Virus record (IMG/VR): IMGVR_UViG_3300025011_000040
Span: 2,012 to 66,011 of that record
From: a virus
Taxonomy: Duplodnaviria; Caudoviricetes
Strand: one strand, 5' to 3'
DNA length: 64,000 nucleotides
The position numbers were made by a program, and so were the translations under genes. Within the stretch, counting starts at the first letter, position 1; every line of letters begins with the position of its first letter. Under the pieces are notes generated by a model. It saw only the letters and a program-made list of their open reading frames with translations, was not told the origin of the DNA and ran no database searches. Positions 38,234-46,725 of this stretch are shown piece by piece.

Positions 38234-40839
38234 CAGTTGCTCATATGGGTTGTGTTGTTGCCGCTACCGCCAGCCTCATTCAACTTGCGCCTCAATTTGT
38301 CCTGCCATGACTCTTTCCTCTGTCTCCTGACGAAGCGGGGAAATGTCATTACCATCTTCGGGTGCCGAATGTTCGCCAGATCGTCCAGCATGTCATCGTG
38401 GAGCATGACCGGGAAAGGCGTGTACTCATCATTGACCAGTTCGGCTATTAGGTTGACCCGCTTGCCCTCGTAGTTCGTCTTCCAGATCGACCGAGGCATG
38501 ATGATTCGGCCCTGCTCAAACAGCGGAACCAGCCTGCGTATCCTGTCGTTCTTCGGCGTGGTGTCCGAAAGTGGCGTGATGTTGAATCGGTAGTGCATCC
38601 GCTCCATCTCGGATTCGATGTGCTGGATGTCTGCCTGGATGCCAAAGTGTTCGTAGCCCACGCCTTCCGGGGTGTATTCCTGATGCAACTGGAACAAGGC
38701 GTCCGTCCGCTGGGTCAGGTTCAACCGGTCGTGGATACCGTCGAGCAGGTAGTAATTTCGATCTGGCGCCAGACCTACAACCCACATGACCGTATAGTCG
38801 CTGGCCTTTTTCTTGCTGTTCGCCGGGTCAACCAGAATATAGATGTTAAGTTCCCCTAGTTCTGGCTCAGTCTCGTAGTATTTCAACCACTCAACCTTGA
38901 AGCCCATTGCCGAGTCGGCGGTTGGATCCTGCAGCATTTGACAACCAAATACGTAAGGTCCCATGTCTCGCCGCTTCTCCATCAATGCCTGCGCTTCTAA
39001 GAACACCGGTTCACCATCGTCTTTCCCATTGTCCGTCGCCGGGTGGATGCGGGGGGTTGCTGTCCCCCTGTCGATGATCGCCTTGTATGTGTCATTGAAG
39101 TGATACCTTGTCCCTATCCACCTTCTCCTGCCGCCATGTGCGCCAAGGTTGTAACTGATCGCCAAGGCCCCTGTCGTCTTCGTGATCTGTTCGGGAGTGG
39201 ACACCGATTCAAGGGTCACAATGTCATCGTACAGGAGCAGCTTGAAATGTTTTGAGGTCGGCTGCCCGTCGACCACTCCGTGTGCTTCGCAGGTACATTC
39301 CTTGCTATTCTGCGTCCGCTTGACCGTGATCCCTTCATCTGTCCAGCTGTTGCCGATCTTCGGGGCATCCTTCTTTGGATCCTGGTAGAGGATGTCCGGG
39401 AACAATCGTTTGAGCCTTTCGTTCGTCTCCAACTCGAACTTGATCTGCTTCAGGAATCCCCGGCTGATCGATTTCGTGTGTGAGAAAATCCCGACCGTGA
39501 TATTCGGATCGTTCAGAATGTCCTGTATCGTCAGGGCGAAGGTGATGATCGTTGAGTTGTGGGTAGGTAGATAGTCTTTCCCGACCAGATACACCCCGTC
39601 ACTGTTCGCGACTTGGATGCAACTTACCGGCTCGCTTTCAATCTCCACACAGCTTGTAATGAACTTCCGTCGCTTAGGCTTGAGCGTCTTGCTCCTGTCT
39701 GCTTTTCTTTTTAGCCTGAACACCGGCTCGTCAGCGTGCGTCTGAAAAGAAACACGTTGCACAGGGTATGGCTCACCATTTACTTCTATGGTGTGCGTCC
39801 CTCTGTTCGGGTTGAGACCAAGGGACGCGCAAAGCTCAAAAACATCATCGACAAGCCTCTCGCTATTCCCTGAATACGTTGCCGTCCCCCTGGTGTTGTT
39901 CGACCCGTCCGTGTCCATCAACCCCTGGAGTAGAGACATGCGCTGCCTCCTTGATGCTCTCAGATAGTCGATTGGAATGTGTTTATTGTTTAAAACCCCA
40001 ATTCCCCGCAGGGCAGGACTTATGCCCGATCCTTTCTTCCCCTTCACGCCACCGCCAAACATGAACGATCCGGTTGTGTCGCTATTCTTTTTCCCCTCTT
40101 TTACGGGGTAGTGTTTTGCAATCTCGTCAATAATGCCCTTGTCGTCGTAGGCGCATGTAATTCTCGGCCCTGCTGAATTGCCATCTCCCAACCATGCGCC
40201 CAAGGTGTACGGCTCAACGGGCAAGTCTTTTTTCGGGAGGTCAACAACTCTGGACATGTCAATAGACATCCTATTGTCGACAGCGTGGCTCATTCGGTAT
40301 ATTTCCTCGGTTGAAACAATGGCATTCTCCCTGCCTGTCTTTCTCTCTGGCCTCGGACCCCGCGTCTTTATGCCAACCTCCCAGAGATGATCCCTGCCGG
40401 CATTTATAGAAGTCCCATCATCGAAGGTAATGCGGTAACACTTGGTCCCGTAAAACACTCTTGTCTTGGCAACAATTTTAACCGGACTGCCATCTCCGCC
40501 AAATACCTCATCCCCCACATTCAACTCACCGTGTAGGCTATACCCGCTTGGAGTTGGCACGATGGTGTTGACAGGGAGGGCCTTGTAATGCTCTCTCGCC
40601 CATAGATCCAAATACCCATCAGGCTCAGCTTGGACATCAACACACCGCTCGTAAAGCCACTGTCTCCGCACATCAACCCGGCCCAAAACAAAAGCCAGCA
40701 GGTAGAACAAATCATTTTGGCAGAGTGCCCGCATTGCCATGTGAAGAAGTTCATGCCCGCCTTTCTCGCCACCTTCCCGGATGCACCGTTCGAAGATGTT
40801 GCCATACTCGGCTATTTGATCCTCCATCAAGGGGAGCAT
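38233..40839 (-). CDS. terL: Terminase large subunit containing an intein
   Basis: Walker-A-like AREHYK/ST split by the intein; LLLYDD Walker B; IGTRYH; nuclease YILVDPA..DYT..VGYE..HDDMLD. Confidence 0.92.
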   Translation of the reverse strand: MLPLMEDQIAEYGNIFERCIREGGEKGGHELLHMAMRALCQNDLFYLLAFVLGRVDVRRQWLYERCVDVQAEPDGYLDLWAREHYKALPVNTIVPTPSGYSLHGELNVGDEVFGGDGSPVKIVAKTRVFYGTKCYRITFDDGTSINAGRDHLWEVGIKTRGPRPERKTGRENAIVSTEEIYRMSHAVDNRMSIDMSRVVDLPKKDLPVEPYTLGAWLGDGNSAGPRITCAYDDKGIIDEIAKHYPVKEGKKNSDTTGSFMFGGGVKGKKGSGISPALRGIGVLNNKHIPIDYLRASRRQRMSLLQGLMDTDGSNNTRGTATYSGNSERLVDDVFELCASLGLNPNRGTHTIEVNGEPYPVQRVSFQTHADEPVFRLKRKADRSKTLKPKRRKFITSCVEIESEPVSCIQVANSDGVYLVGKDYLPTHNSTIITFALTIQDILNDPNITVGIFSHTKSISRGFLKQIKFELETNERLKRLFPDILYQDPKKDAPKIGNSWTDEGITVKRTQNSKECTCEAHGVVDGQPTSKHFKLLLYDDIVTLESVSTPEQITKTTGALAISYNLGAHGGRRRWIGTRYHFNDTYKAIIDRGTATPRIHPATDNGKDDGEPVFLEAQALMEKRRDMGPYVFGCQMLQDPTADSAMGFKVEWLKYYETEPELGELNIYILVDPANSKKKASDYTVMWVVGLAPDRNYYLLDGIHDRLNLTQRTDALFQLHQEYTPEGVGYEHFGIQADIQHIESEMERMHYRFNITPLSDTTPKNDRIRRLVPLFEQGRIIMPRSIWKTNYEGKRVNLIAELVNDEYTPFPVMLHDDMLDDLANIRHPKMVMTFPRFVRRQRKESWQDKLRRKLNEAGGSGNNTTHMSN
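39556..40581 (-). mobile_element. Class-3 (Ala1, WCT) intein with LAGLIDADG homing endonuclease, 342 aa
   Basis: Starts ALPVNTIVPTPSG; block B DHLWEV; LGAWLGDG and LLQGLMDTDG; block F VSCIQV; ends LPTHN followed by Ser+1. Confidence 0.9.
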
Positions 40840-40840
40840 G

Positions 40841-41440
40841 TCACTCCTTGCCCGACGGGATCATTTCCTCCATCCAGGCTGGTAGGCGTGCGCCTTTGTA
40901 TTGATATCCGTCCTGCGGTCCCTTCTCTTCCTGTGCCTCGTAGATCTTCAGGTACTTGCCAAGGTTCTCAAGGGCTCGCAGCTTGTCGTTCAGCTTGATC
41001 TTGTGGGTGTATTCAATCTCTGCCACGCCATCCGCGCCCATGTGGGAGGATGTCACAACCTCAATCGATCCCACAGCAGCGGCGGTGTCTACATCCATAG
41101 AGGTAGGTGATACCAGTTGTCCATCCTTTGTGAAGATGGTCCTAATGTCGGAGAACGCGACCCGGGCGAACTCTCTCAAGACTCGCTCGATAGAGATGTC
41201 CAGCTTTGCATCTGCTATCTCTTTGGCCCGTTCTTTGAGTTCGGCTATGTACGCCTTGACCTGTGGCTTAGAGAACATCTCTGATGCTCGGCCCCAGACC
41301 GCAGCGTTTGACCACTTCTGTGTAGACGGCCTGCAGGTTCGCAGCGCGTTAGACTGATTACAGCCGTTCGCCATGTACTCGTTGCAGAGTAGCAGCTCGA
41401 AGTCGGTCAATTTTGGGAGTTTTATAGGCGTCTTTTCCAT
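40841..41440 (-). CDS. terS: Terminase small subunit
   Basis: EY..NG.N.S.A..AS.M...P.VKAYI.EL..ISIERVLREFARVAFSDI..KIKL.DKL.ALE.LGKYL; directly upstream of terL. Confidence 0.85.
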   Translation of the reverse strand: MEKTPIKLPKLTDFELLLCNEYMANGCNQSNALRTCRPSTQKWSNAAVWGRASEMFSKPQVKAYIAELKERAKEIADAKLDISIERVLREFARVAFSDIRTIFTKDGQLVSPTSMDVDTAAAVGSIEVVTSSHMGADGVAEIEYTHKIKLNDKLRALENLGKYLKIYEAQEEKGPQDGYQYKGARLPAWMEEMIPSGKE

Positions 41441-41583
41441 ATGTTTTCCAAAGGTCCCCGGCGGCACCGGGAGTGGGGAGTGCCGCCGGGGCAAAACCAC
41501 GTATCAGTTGATACGCTTACTGGTTCGCCTTCAAGGATAGATGATAATTTTCATGTCGGCAATCGAATGTAACGTAATTTCGC

Positions 41584-41612
41584 TTGCATGTAGTCACTAG
41601 GACGACTATAAT
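41584..41612 (+). promoter_or_regulatory. Sigma70-type promoter of the + strand accessory operon with internal dyad
   Basis: TTGCAT-17 bp-TATAAT; TAGTC-n8-GACTA inverted repeat overlapping the spacer and -10. Confidence 0.65.
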
Positions 41613-41672
41613 TTTCATATCGTGATTTTTCGTCTCGGGCTATGTTGGTCCAGGTGAACATCAACAAGGGAA

Positions 41673-41939
41673 ATGAATATGGAAATCATCATATGTGGAG
41701 GCGTAGGGGTTGGCCACATAGAGTATATCGGCATGGTGAGGCAGCTACGGCCAGGGATTATAATTATCTCTCACCCTGAAGAGTTCACTCTGGATGCAAC
41801 CGGCGCTCCGGGACTGTCTAGCGTGTTGGCTGAAAGATTCAGAAACTTATCACCAATAAAAGAAGCACCAGTCACAGGATGGAAAGAGCTGCGTAAAGAA
41901 AAGGCTAAGTCGCCGTGGAGTAGGAGGAAAAAACGATGA
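41673..41939 (+). CDS. Hypothetical protein
   Basis: First ORF after the promoter; ATGA-coupled to the HTH gene. Confidence 0.5.
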   Translation: MNMEIIICGGVGVGHIEYIGMVRQLRPGIIIISHPEEFTLDATGAPGLSSVLAERFRNLSPIKEAPVTGWKELRKEKAKSPWSRRKKR

Positions 41940-42190
41940 GGCCAGAGGCCACCACCCGTCGCCACCCAGGCCAGCTAACAAAGGAAGAGTTCCGCCAGAT
42001 CCGCACCGAACTAGGCCTAAGCCAGCAGGCCCTGGCAGACAGGCTCGGGGTAAGCTGCCGGCAGAACATCAACAGGATCGAGAAGGTGACAGGGCCAAGC
42101 CGCAGCACGTCCGCTCATATGCGGCTGCTGCTCAAGGTCCATCGGGAGTATCGGGCTAATATGGCTACAGCCAGGGGGGGGAGAGGGTAA
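41936..42190 (+). CDS. XRE-family HTH regulator
   Basis: EEFRQIRTELGLSQQALADRLGVS..NINRIEK. Confidence 0.8.
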   Translation: MRPEATTRRHPGQLTKEEFRQIRTELGLSQQALADRLGVSCRQNINRIEKVTGPSRSTSAHMRLLLKVHREYRANMATARGGRG

Positions 42191-42453
42191 TGCCAATATT
42201 TGGTGGAAATAAAATAAAGGTTCACGAATCCTTGAAAGAGTTACACGCGTTTTCGTCTGCAAACCCGCTATGTGGCGCGGAGTGTGACGAACAAGTGTGC
42301 CTCAATTATGTGGGGTGTGGAGACTTTGAGCCAGACATGCCACACAAGTGCCCGTTTCCGTGCAAGGCATGTCTTGTTTGGGAAGGATATGGGTGGGAGG
42401 GCCGGAACGTTGGAGGACTGGTTAAAATCTTACAGGATAAGGCTAAGGCATGA
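42190..42453 (+). CDS. Cys-rich hypothetical protein
   Basis: Start and stop overlap both neighbours; 7 Cys. Confidence 0.5.
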   Translation: MPIFGGNKIKVHESLKELHAFSSANPLCGAECDEQVCLNYVGCGDFEPDMPHKCPFPCKACLVWEGYGWEGRNVGGLVKILQDKAKA

Positions 42454-42959
42454 ACAGAGAAGAACTCAAAGACAAGATATCCGCCCTAATCGAAGAATAC
42501 GAAGCAGAACACGACGAACAATTTGAAGACGATTACTACTTCGAGGACGACTACCCCGACGAGTATGATTTCGATGCCGACCAAGCCCCGCCAGTCTTCA
42601 AGCCATCCGAGGTGGAGTCATATTGCTCCCCCGAACTAATACGGCTCATTGCCAACACCGGACCAAACTGGAAGGATAAATTTACCGACTGCTCAATTCG
42701 TGTTTATGGGTGTGATGCCGCGGGCAACGAAGTTCTTCTTGCCTACAACGACACGGCAGATGCTCACAATAGCACCGAACTCAACTCAGAAATATCCGGC
42801 ACCGTGAAGGTTTTTGAAATAATATCGAACAGCAACCAGGACCTATATTTCAACGGGACCATGGGTACTTCTTCTTGGCACCCTGTCCACATAACAACTA
42901 GCTATTTATGCAAGGAAAGTACACTTGCGATGGGGAGCTTTAATATCGCAACTGTGTAA
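42450..42959 (+). CDS. Acidic N-terminus fused to a divergent copy of the 24558..25034 virion protein
   Basis: ANTGPNWKDKFTDCSIRVYG vs LNTVGCVKDIMANGVIGIYG; FNGTMGTSSWHPVHITTS..SFNIAT vs VDGAIGTSSTYEMQMSNT..TFNYTT. Confidence 0.6.
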   Translation: MNREELKDKISALIEEYEAEHDEQFEDDYYFEDDYPDEYDFDADQAPPVFKPSEVESYCSPELIRLIANTGPNWKDKFTDCSIRVYGCDAAGNEVLLAYNDTADAHNSTELNSEISGTVKVFEIISNSNQDLYFNGTMGTSSWHPVHITTSYLCKESTLAMGSFNIATV

Positions 42960-43003
42960 TTTCCTTATCATCCCCTTACCGAACCTCACCAGGAGAAAAT
43001 AAT

Positions 43004-43186
43004 ATGAACATTGGAGACAGAGTATTAGTCAGCGTTTTCGACGGCGACCTAGAAACAATAGGTGTTGAGGCTATTTTCATCGGAATGTCACCTGATGGAA
43101 AGTTTCGGACGAAACCAGCACAGCCACGCAAAACAAAAAAGGAATTTCTGGAGTGGGAATATTGTGTGCCATTGGGAAAGAAGTGA
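43004..43186 (+). CDS. Small SH3-like hypothetical protein
   Basis: AGGAG RBS; MNIGDRVLVS..D..W.YCVP. Confidence 0.55.
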   Translation: MNIGDRVLVSVFDGDLETIGVEAIFIGMSPDGKFRTKPAQPRKTKKEFLEWEYCVPLGKK

Positions 43187-43233
43187 AACAAAAAGAGCGG
43201 CAGAATCACCCCTGCCGCTCGTCTCTATCCTGC

Positions 43234-43608
43234 CTACTCAGCCTTCTCCTTAACCTTTTCATACTTCAAATACACCTTATCCAACACGTTCAACTTCAGC
43301 CAACCAACCAGGTAGCACATAACCTCTTCAGTATCTCGGCACAGCGGTATTCCGCATTCCTCCATAATCGAGCAAGCCGCGTGCGCCAGTTCATGCGACA
43401 CCACACTTGCCTTGTCCAAATCCTTGACCCACACAAACACGTCACCTCCGCTATCCCTCACGCACCCTTCGGCGGTATGGGTAAGAGAAACCTGCGTCCT
43501 CTTGTTCTTGAGGCGATAGATTGCGTCCTCGGCATCTTCCGCCGAACAGTTCCCCACAAAGAAAACAAACCGATTAAAAATAGGCACTCGCGCTAAATGG
43601 GTGATCAT
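43234..43608 (-). CDS. Small HExxH metallopeptidase-like protein
   Basis: VVSHELAHA...EEVMCYLVGWL. Confidence 0.65.
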   Translation of the reverse strand: MITHLARVPIFNRFVFFVGNCSAEDAEDAIYRLKNKRTQVSLTHTAEGCVRDSGGDVFVWVKDLDKASVVSHELAHAACSIMEECGIPLCRDTEEVMCYLVGWLKLNVLDKVYLKYEKVKEKAE

Positions 43609-43982
43609 ATATTCGCCCCATCCCGTGACAACCACAACCCCTTTGCATAATCCTGTGCCTCAATCCTACCCTTCTCGGACTGCGTCATCTTGATCGGCCG
43701 CCGCACCCAGGGGTTTATAGTTCCAGGCGTGTCCTGTTTTTCGGCCAATATCTCCCTCGCCGCCCTGCTCGACTTAAAGGCCGCCTGCCGCAGCAGGATC
43801 GCCGCCGCCTTCGACGCGCTCACCTTCTCATCTCTACAGGTTTCATCGCAGTAATACCGGCGCCTGCGGTCGGCGTTGCTTTTCAGGTGGACCGTGACAG
43901 GTTCCCCACAATTACCGCATGTCGTTTCGATATCCTTCGGGTATGGAATTTGATCGCTTCTTGGCTTTCTCATAATCAACAC
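43605..43982 (-). CDS. Zinc-finger protein
   Basis: CGNCG...YYCDETC. Confidence 0.5.
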   Translation of the reverse strand: MLIMRKPRSDQIPYPKDIETTCGNCGEPVTVHLKSNADRRRRYYCDETCRDEKVSASKAAAILLRQAAFKSSRAAREILAEKQDTPGTINPWVRRPIKMTQSEKGRIEAQDYAKGLWLSRDGANI

Positions 43983-44161
43983 CCCTCGACAATTTCAAGC
44001 ACCGCTTCGCAAACCTTATCGAGTCTTGCAACTTGTTTCTGGACGTACCCTTTAAATTCAGATGGTATTCTTGGGTCAAGCGACATTCCACGTAAATAAT
44101 TCGCGATGCCTTCCATTTCTTCCAACTGGCCGTCTAATTTTTCACAGTCCATAATTGCCAC
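43976..44161 (-). CDS. Small hypothetical protein
   Basis: Helical ORF packed in the operon. Confidence 0.4.
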   Translation of the reverse strand: MAIMDCEKLDGQLEEMEGIANYLRGMSLDPRIPSEFKGYVQKQVARLDKVCEAVLEIVEGC

Positions 44162-44245
44162 CTTGCCGTCTAATTTTCATTTTGTGGACCACCTATGCGT
44201 ATGTATGCGTCGGTGGTCGTTTGAAGCGTGGGTGTATCGTTTTGC

Positions 44246-44656
44246 CTATAGCGTCTCCAAATATTCAGCCATAAGCCGTCCCTTTTCTTCAGGCGGCACA
44301 TCGAGGAAAATTATTGAGTGCGCCTTTTCGGCTATCTTCTGGTCCTTCTCCTTTTGGGCATCAGTCGGTTCCGGCTCTGGAAGAGAGAAAAGCAGATCCT
44401 TTGCGCGACGATCTACCTCGGATATCTCCCGCGAAAATTCCAGCATATCCGCCAACGAAGGAAAAAACTTACTGCGCCGGCGAGACAAGATAACCATTCG
44501 TGCAAACTTCTCTGGCGTGATCCTGGCCGCATTGAAATCAGCGCACCAGTCTTCCGCTACGATCTCCATCGCCTTCGGGCTCATCCCGCTATTCGGGTAA
44601 TGGCAGGAGAGCCGGGTCACTGCCGTCTTTACTAAATCCAAAGTCAATCGTTCCAT
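44246..44656 (-). CDS. Replication accessory protein (helicase-loader-like)
   Basis: W...F....F......RSKFFPSLADM; directly downstream of the initiator. Confidence 0.55.
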   Translation of the reverse strand: MERLTLDLVKTAVTRLSCHYPNSGMSPKAMEIVAEDWCADFNAARITPEKFARMVILSRRRSKFFPSLADMLEFSREISEVDRRAKDLLFSLPEPEPTDAQKEKDQKIAEKAHSIIFLDVPPEEKGRLMAEYLETL

Positions 44657-45401
44657 CCTTTAACCCCTTTTCAATTCTCTCAAGCTCAGCGTCTCTGTAT
44701 GCAACGGCTTCCTCTCTCATGGTTCTCGGCTTTACCTCTGCACTGACGGTCCTTTTCTTTGAAGAACTATCCTGTGTTCTGCCGAGCCACGCTGAAATAT
44801 GGGTTCTTATTCCCCTGCTGGTTTTTCTCTTTTGAGGATTATCAAGGTTCCACTGCCTGCATTTTTTCAGATCAGCGAGGACATCAACTCCGAGATATGT
44901 TTCTTGCCACTCATCGATGTCTTTCTGAAAAATTGGGAACTGTTTCTTTTTCCCGATGATTGGGAAAACCAAAAGCGGAATTGCATCTTCCGGGGCCGAG
45001 GTGGTTTCCGCCTCGACGCAAACAGCTTTTTCTGTCTCTGTCTCTGTCTCTGTCTCTGTCTCTGTCTCTGTCTCTACAATAGCGCTTTGCTTGCAGTCTG
45101 ATAGCGCAACGCTAGCATTTTCTAATACTTCAATAAAACCATGTTCTTGCAGTTCCCTTAAATTCACTTGCGATGAAACCCCAAGTTTTTTAGACAACCA
45201 ATCACAGTCACACGGCACCTTGTTATCCATCTGGCTTGCAAGCAGCCAAATCAGCATCAGGTGCAACTTGCTAGCATCTTGCAAGCATGAAAACTTGTAG
45301 TCGTTGAATATATCCCGATGGAGTTTTATCCATGGCGGGGTTCTCTCCTTGTAGTGCTGCCACTTTTCGAGCTTTGGAACTGTGAAGTACAGACAATCCA
45401 T
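44589..45401 (-). CDS. Replication initiator/replisome organiser
   Basis: KWQHYKERTPPWIKLHR..LIWLLAS winged-helix-like N-terminus, (ET)n linker, C-terminal VDV..L...W...NP.KRKT..GI...I..WL. Confidence 0.8.
   Translation of the reverse strand: MDCLYFTVPKLEKWQHYKERTPPWIKLHRDIFNDYKFSCLQDASKLHLMLIWLLASQMDNKVPCDCDWLSKKLGVSSQVNLRELQEHGFIEVLENASVALSDCKQSAIVETETETETETETETEKAVCVEAETTSAPEDAIPLLVFPIIGKKKQFPIFQKDIDEWQETYLGVDVLADLKKCRQWNLDNPQKRKTSRGIRTHISAWLGRTQDSSSKKRTVSAEVKPRTMREEAVAYRDAELERIEKGLKDGTIDFGFSKDGSDPALLPLPE
45030..45075. repeat. (TCTGTC)n hexamer microsatellite encoding the ETETET linker
   Basis: About seven tandem TCTGTC units seen directly. Confidence 0.85.
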
Positions 45402-45536
45402 AATTCACCTTCTGTTTATTTGTGGTAATACGACCATACTTAGATACCTTCTTTAAGAGCTTTTAAAGACCTACTTAGGAGGTAATTATTTAAAGATGTG
45501 AGCGGTAATATTTTTACATTCCAAGGTAATTATTTT

Positions 45537-45608
45537 CGTTCAACGACCGTTCAACGACCGTTAAGCAGTCGTTAAGGGATCGTTAAGGGATCGTTAACGA
45601 ACCGTTAA
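45537..45608. repeat. 11-bp tandem iteron-like repeats (putative origin)
   Basis: cgttcaacgac x2, cgttaagcagt, cgttaagggat x2, cgttaacgaac, cgttaa; next to an AT-rich tract upstream of the initiator gene. Confidence 0.75.
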
Positions 45609-45783
45609 TATCATCGCTCATTTTTTACCTTTCGTTCGAGTTCTTTTGAAACCTGATACAAACTCTTCCCACTCCGCTTAACCCGCCCGCACCGACAGTC
45701 AACGCACCACTCCCCTTTGGCCTGCTCACACCATTCGAGCGTAGGCAGATCGCCGGGGAATGCTGGGCAGGCGGGGCCAGGGG

Positions 45784-46512
45784 TCATGCCTTTATTCTTT
45801 TAAACTCGACAACCCACACGTAGGGGTTATCAGCCCATGCCTTGCCGGGAGTTTTGCCGTTGATTGAGCCCCAAAGGTCTTGAAACCTCTCAACGGCATA
45901 GAGCCCTCGGTAGTCAACAGCATGCACGGTCCCGTCAGGCTCTTCTTCTGAAAGAATCTCTACCGTACTTGTGCACCCTTCAGCTTTTGCGTCGTCTTCG
46001 CTGATATCGTTCAACCGCTCAACGCGGACACCAGTTATTTTGAGGTCGATTCGGCTGGCCCAGCGGGGCATAAAGATAGACGGTCTCCATTTTCCTCGGC
46101 CATAACAAAGGTCGGCCCTGCTCCGCTCGTCTATTCGCAAACTACCATCTGCCCGATACCAGACGGGGCCGCAATCCACCCCGTTATCTTGATATCGCAA
46201 CTCATCGTATGGCGTGGTTATCCCCCATGTCTCCCGCACCCACAACCGATCGCCAGGCTGGCCATAAGGGCATTTGAAATACACAGCACTGGTTTGCACT
46301 GATGTCGAATAGTTGAACCCAGCATATGCCGCGTCGGCAGGCTGTTTAACCGTCAATACACTGGCATCTTTCCCATGCAGCACATGTACAAAATTACGGC
46401 TACCGACGCGCTTGGAGTCATCGTTTTTAAACACCCGCCGCGTCATAGTCTTCCGGCCATCGAGGATCGCCTTAACCATCGGAGCGCTGAATAAAATCGG
46501 TCGCTCTTTCAT
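45784..46512 (-). CDS. ASCH/PUA-like phage protein
   Basis: MKERPILFSAPMVKAILDGRKTMTRR..CPYGQPGDRLWVRETW..WRPSIFMPRWASRI..NPYVWVVEF. Confidence 0.8.
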   Translation of the reverse strand: MKERPILFSAPMVKAILDGRKTMTRRVFKNDDSKRVGSRNFVHVLHGKDASVLTVKQPADAAYAGFNYSTSVQTSAVYFKCPYGQPGDRLWVRETWGITTPYDELRYQDNGVDCGPVWYRADGSLRIDERSRADLCYGRGKWRPSIFMPRWASRIDLKITGVRVERLNDISEDDAKAEGCTSTVEILSEEEPDGTVHAVDYRGLYAVERFQDLWGSINGKTPGKAWADNPYVWVVEFKRIKA

Positions 46513-46709
46513 GGCGAAGTCCTCCGCATTTCCGAAAGCGCCCGAGTAAGATCCATACTCGCTCTCCGCAACGCCCCTGATTGCTTCGGATGTTTGCCGA
46601 TATAGAAGCATTCGCGTTGGTCTTTTTCGGCTACCAGTAGGTATTCGTTGGCGGCCTCATTGAAACGCTTTGCCGCTGCTTTGGCGGCTTTGATTTTATC
46701 TGTGTTCAT
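46509..46709 (-). CDS. Small hypothetical protein
   Basis: MNTDKIK..GALRRASMDLTRALSEMR; stop overlaps the next ATG. Confidence 0.5.
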   Translation of the reverse strand: MNTDKIKAAKAAAKRFNEAANEYLLVAEKDQRECFYIGKHPKQSGALRRASMDLTRALSEMRRTSP

Positions 46710-46725
46710 AAACCCTCTCCCATGC

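Noticed and set aside
7361-40998. Numerous + strand ORFs overlapping the late genes
   Set aside because: Antisense shadows of well-supported minus-strand genes, with no motifs or RBS support.
41673-41939. P-loop NTPase (IIICGGVGVGH)
   Set aside because: Lacks the GK(S/T) lysine and is too short for the fold.
45030-45075. Phase-variable microsatellite
   Set aside because: The hexamer unit preserves frame and encodes an ET linker common in phage initiators.
45537-45608. CRISPR mini-array
   Set aside because: Units are 11-bp head-to-tail repeats without spacers, and there are no cas genes.
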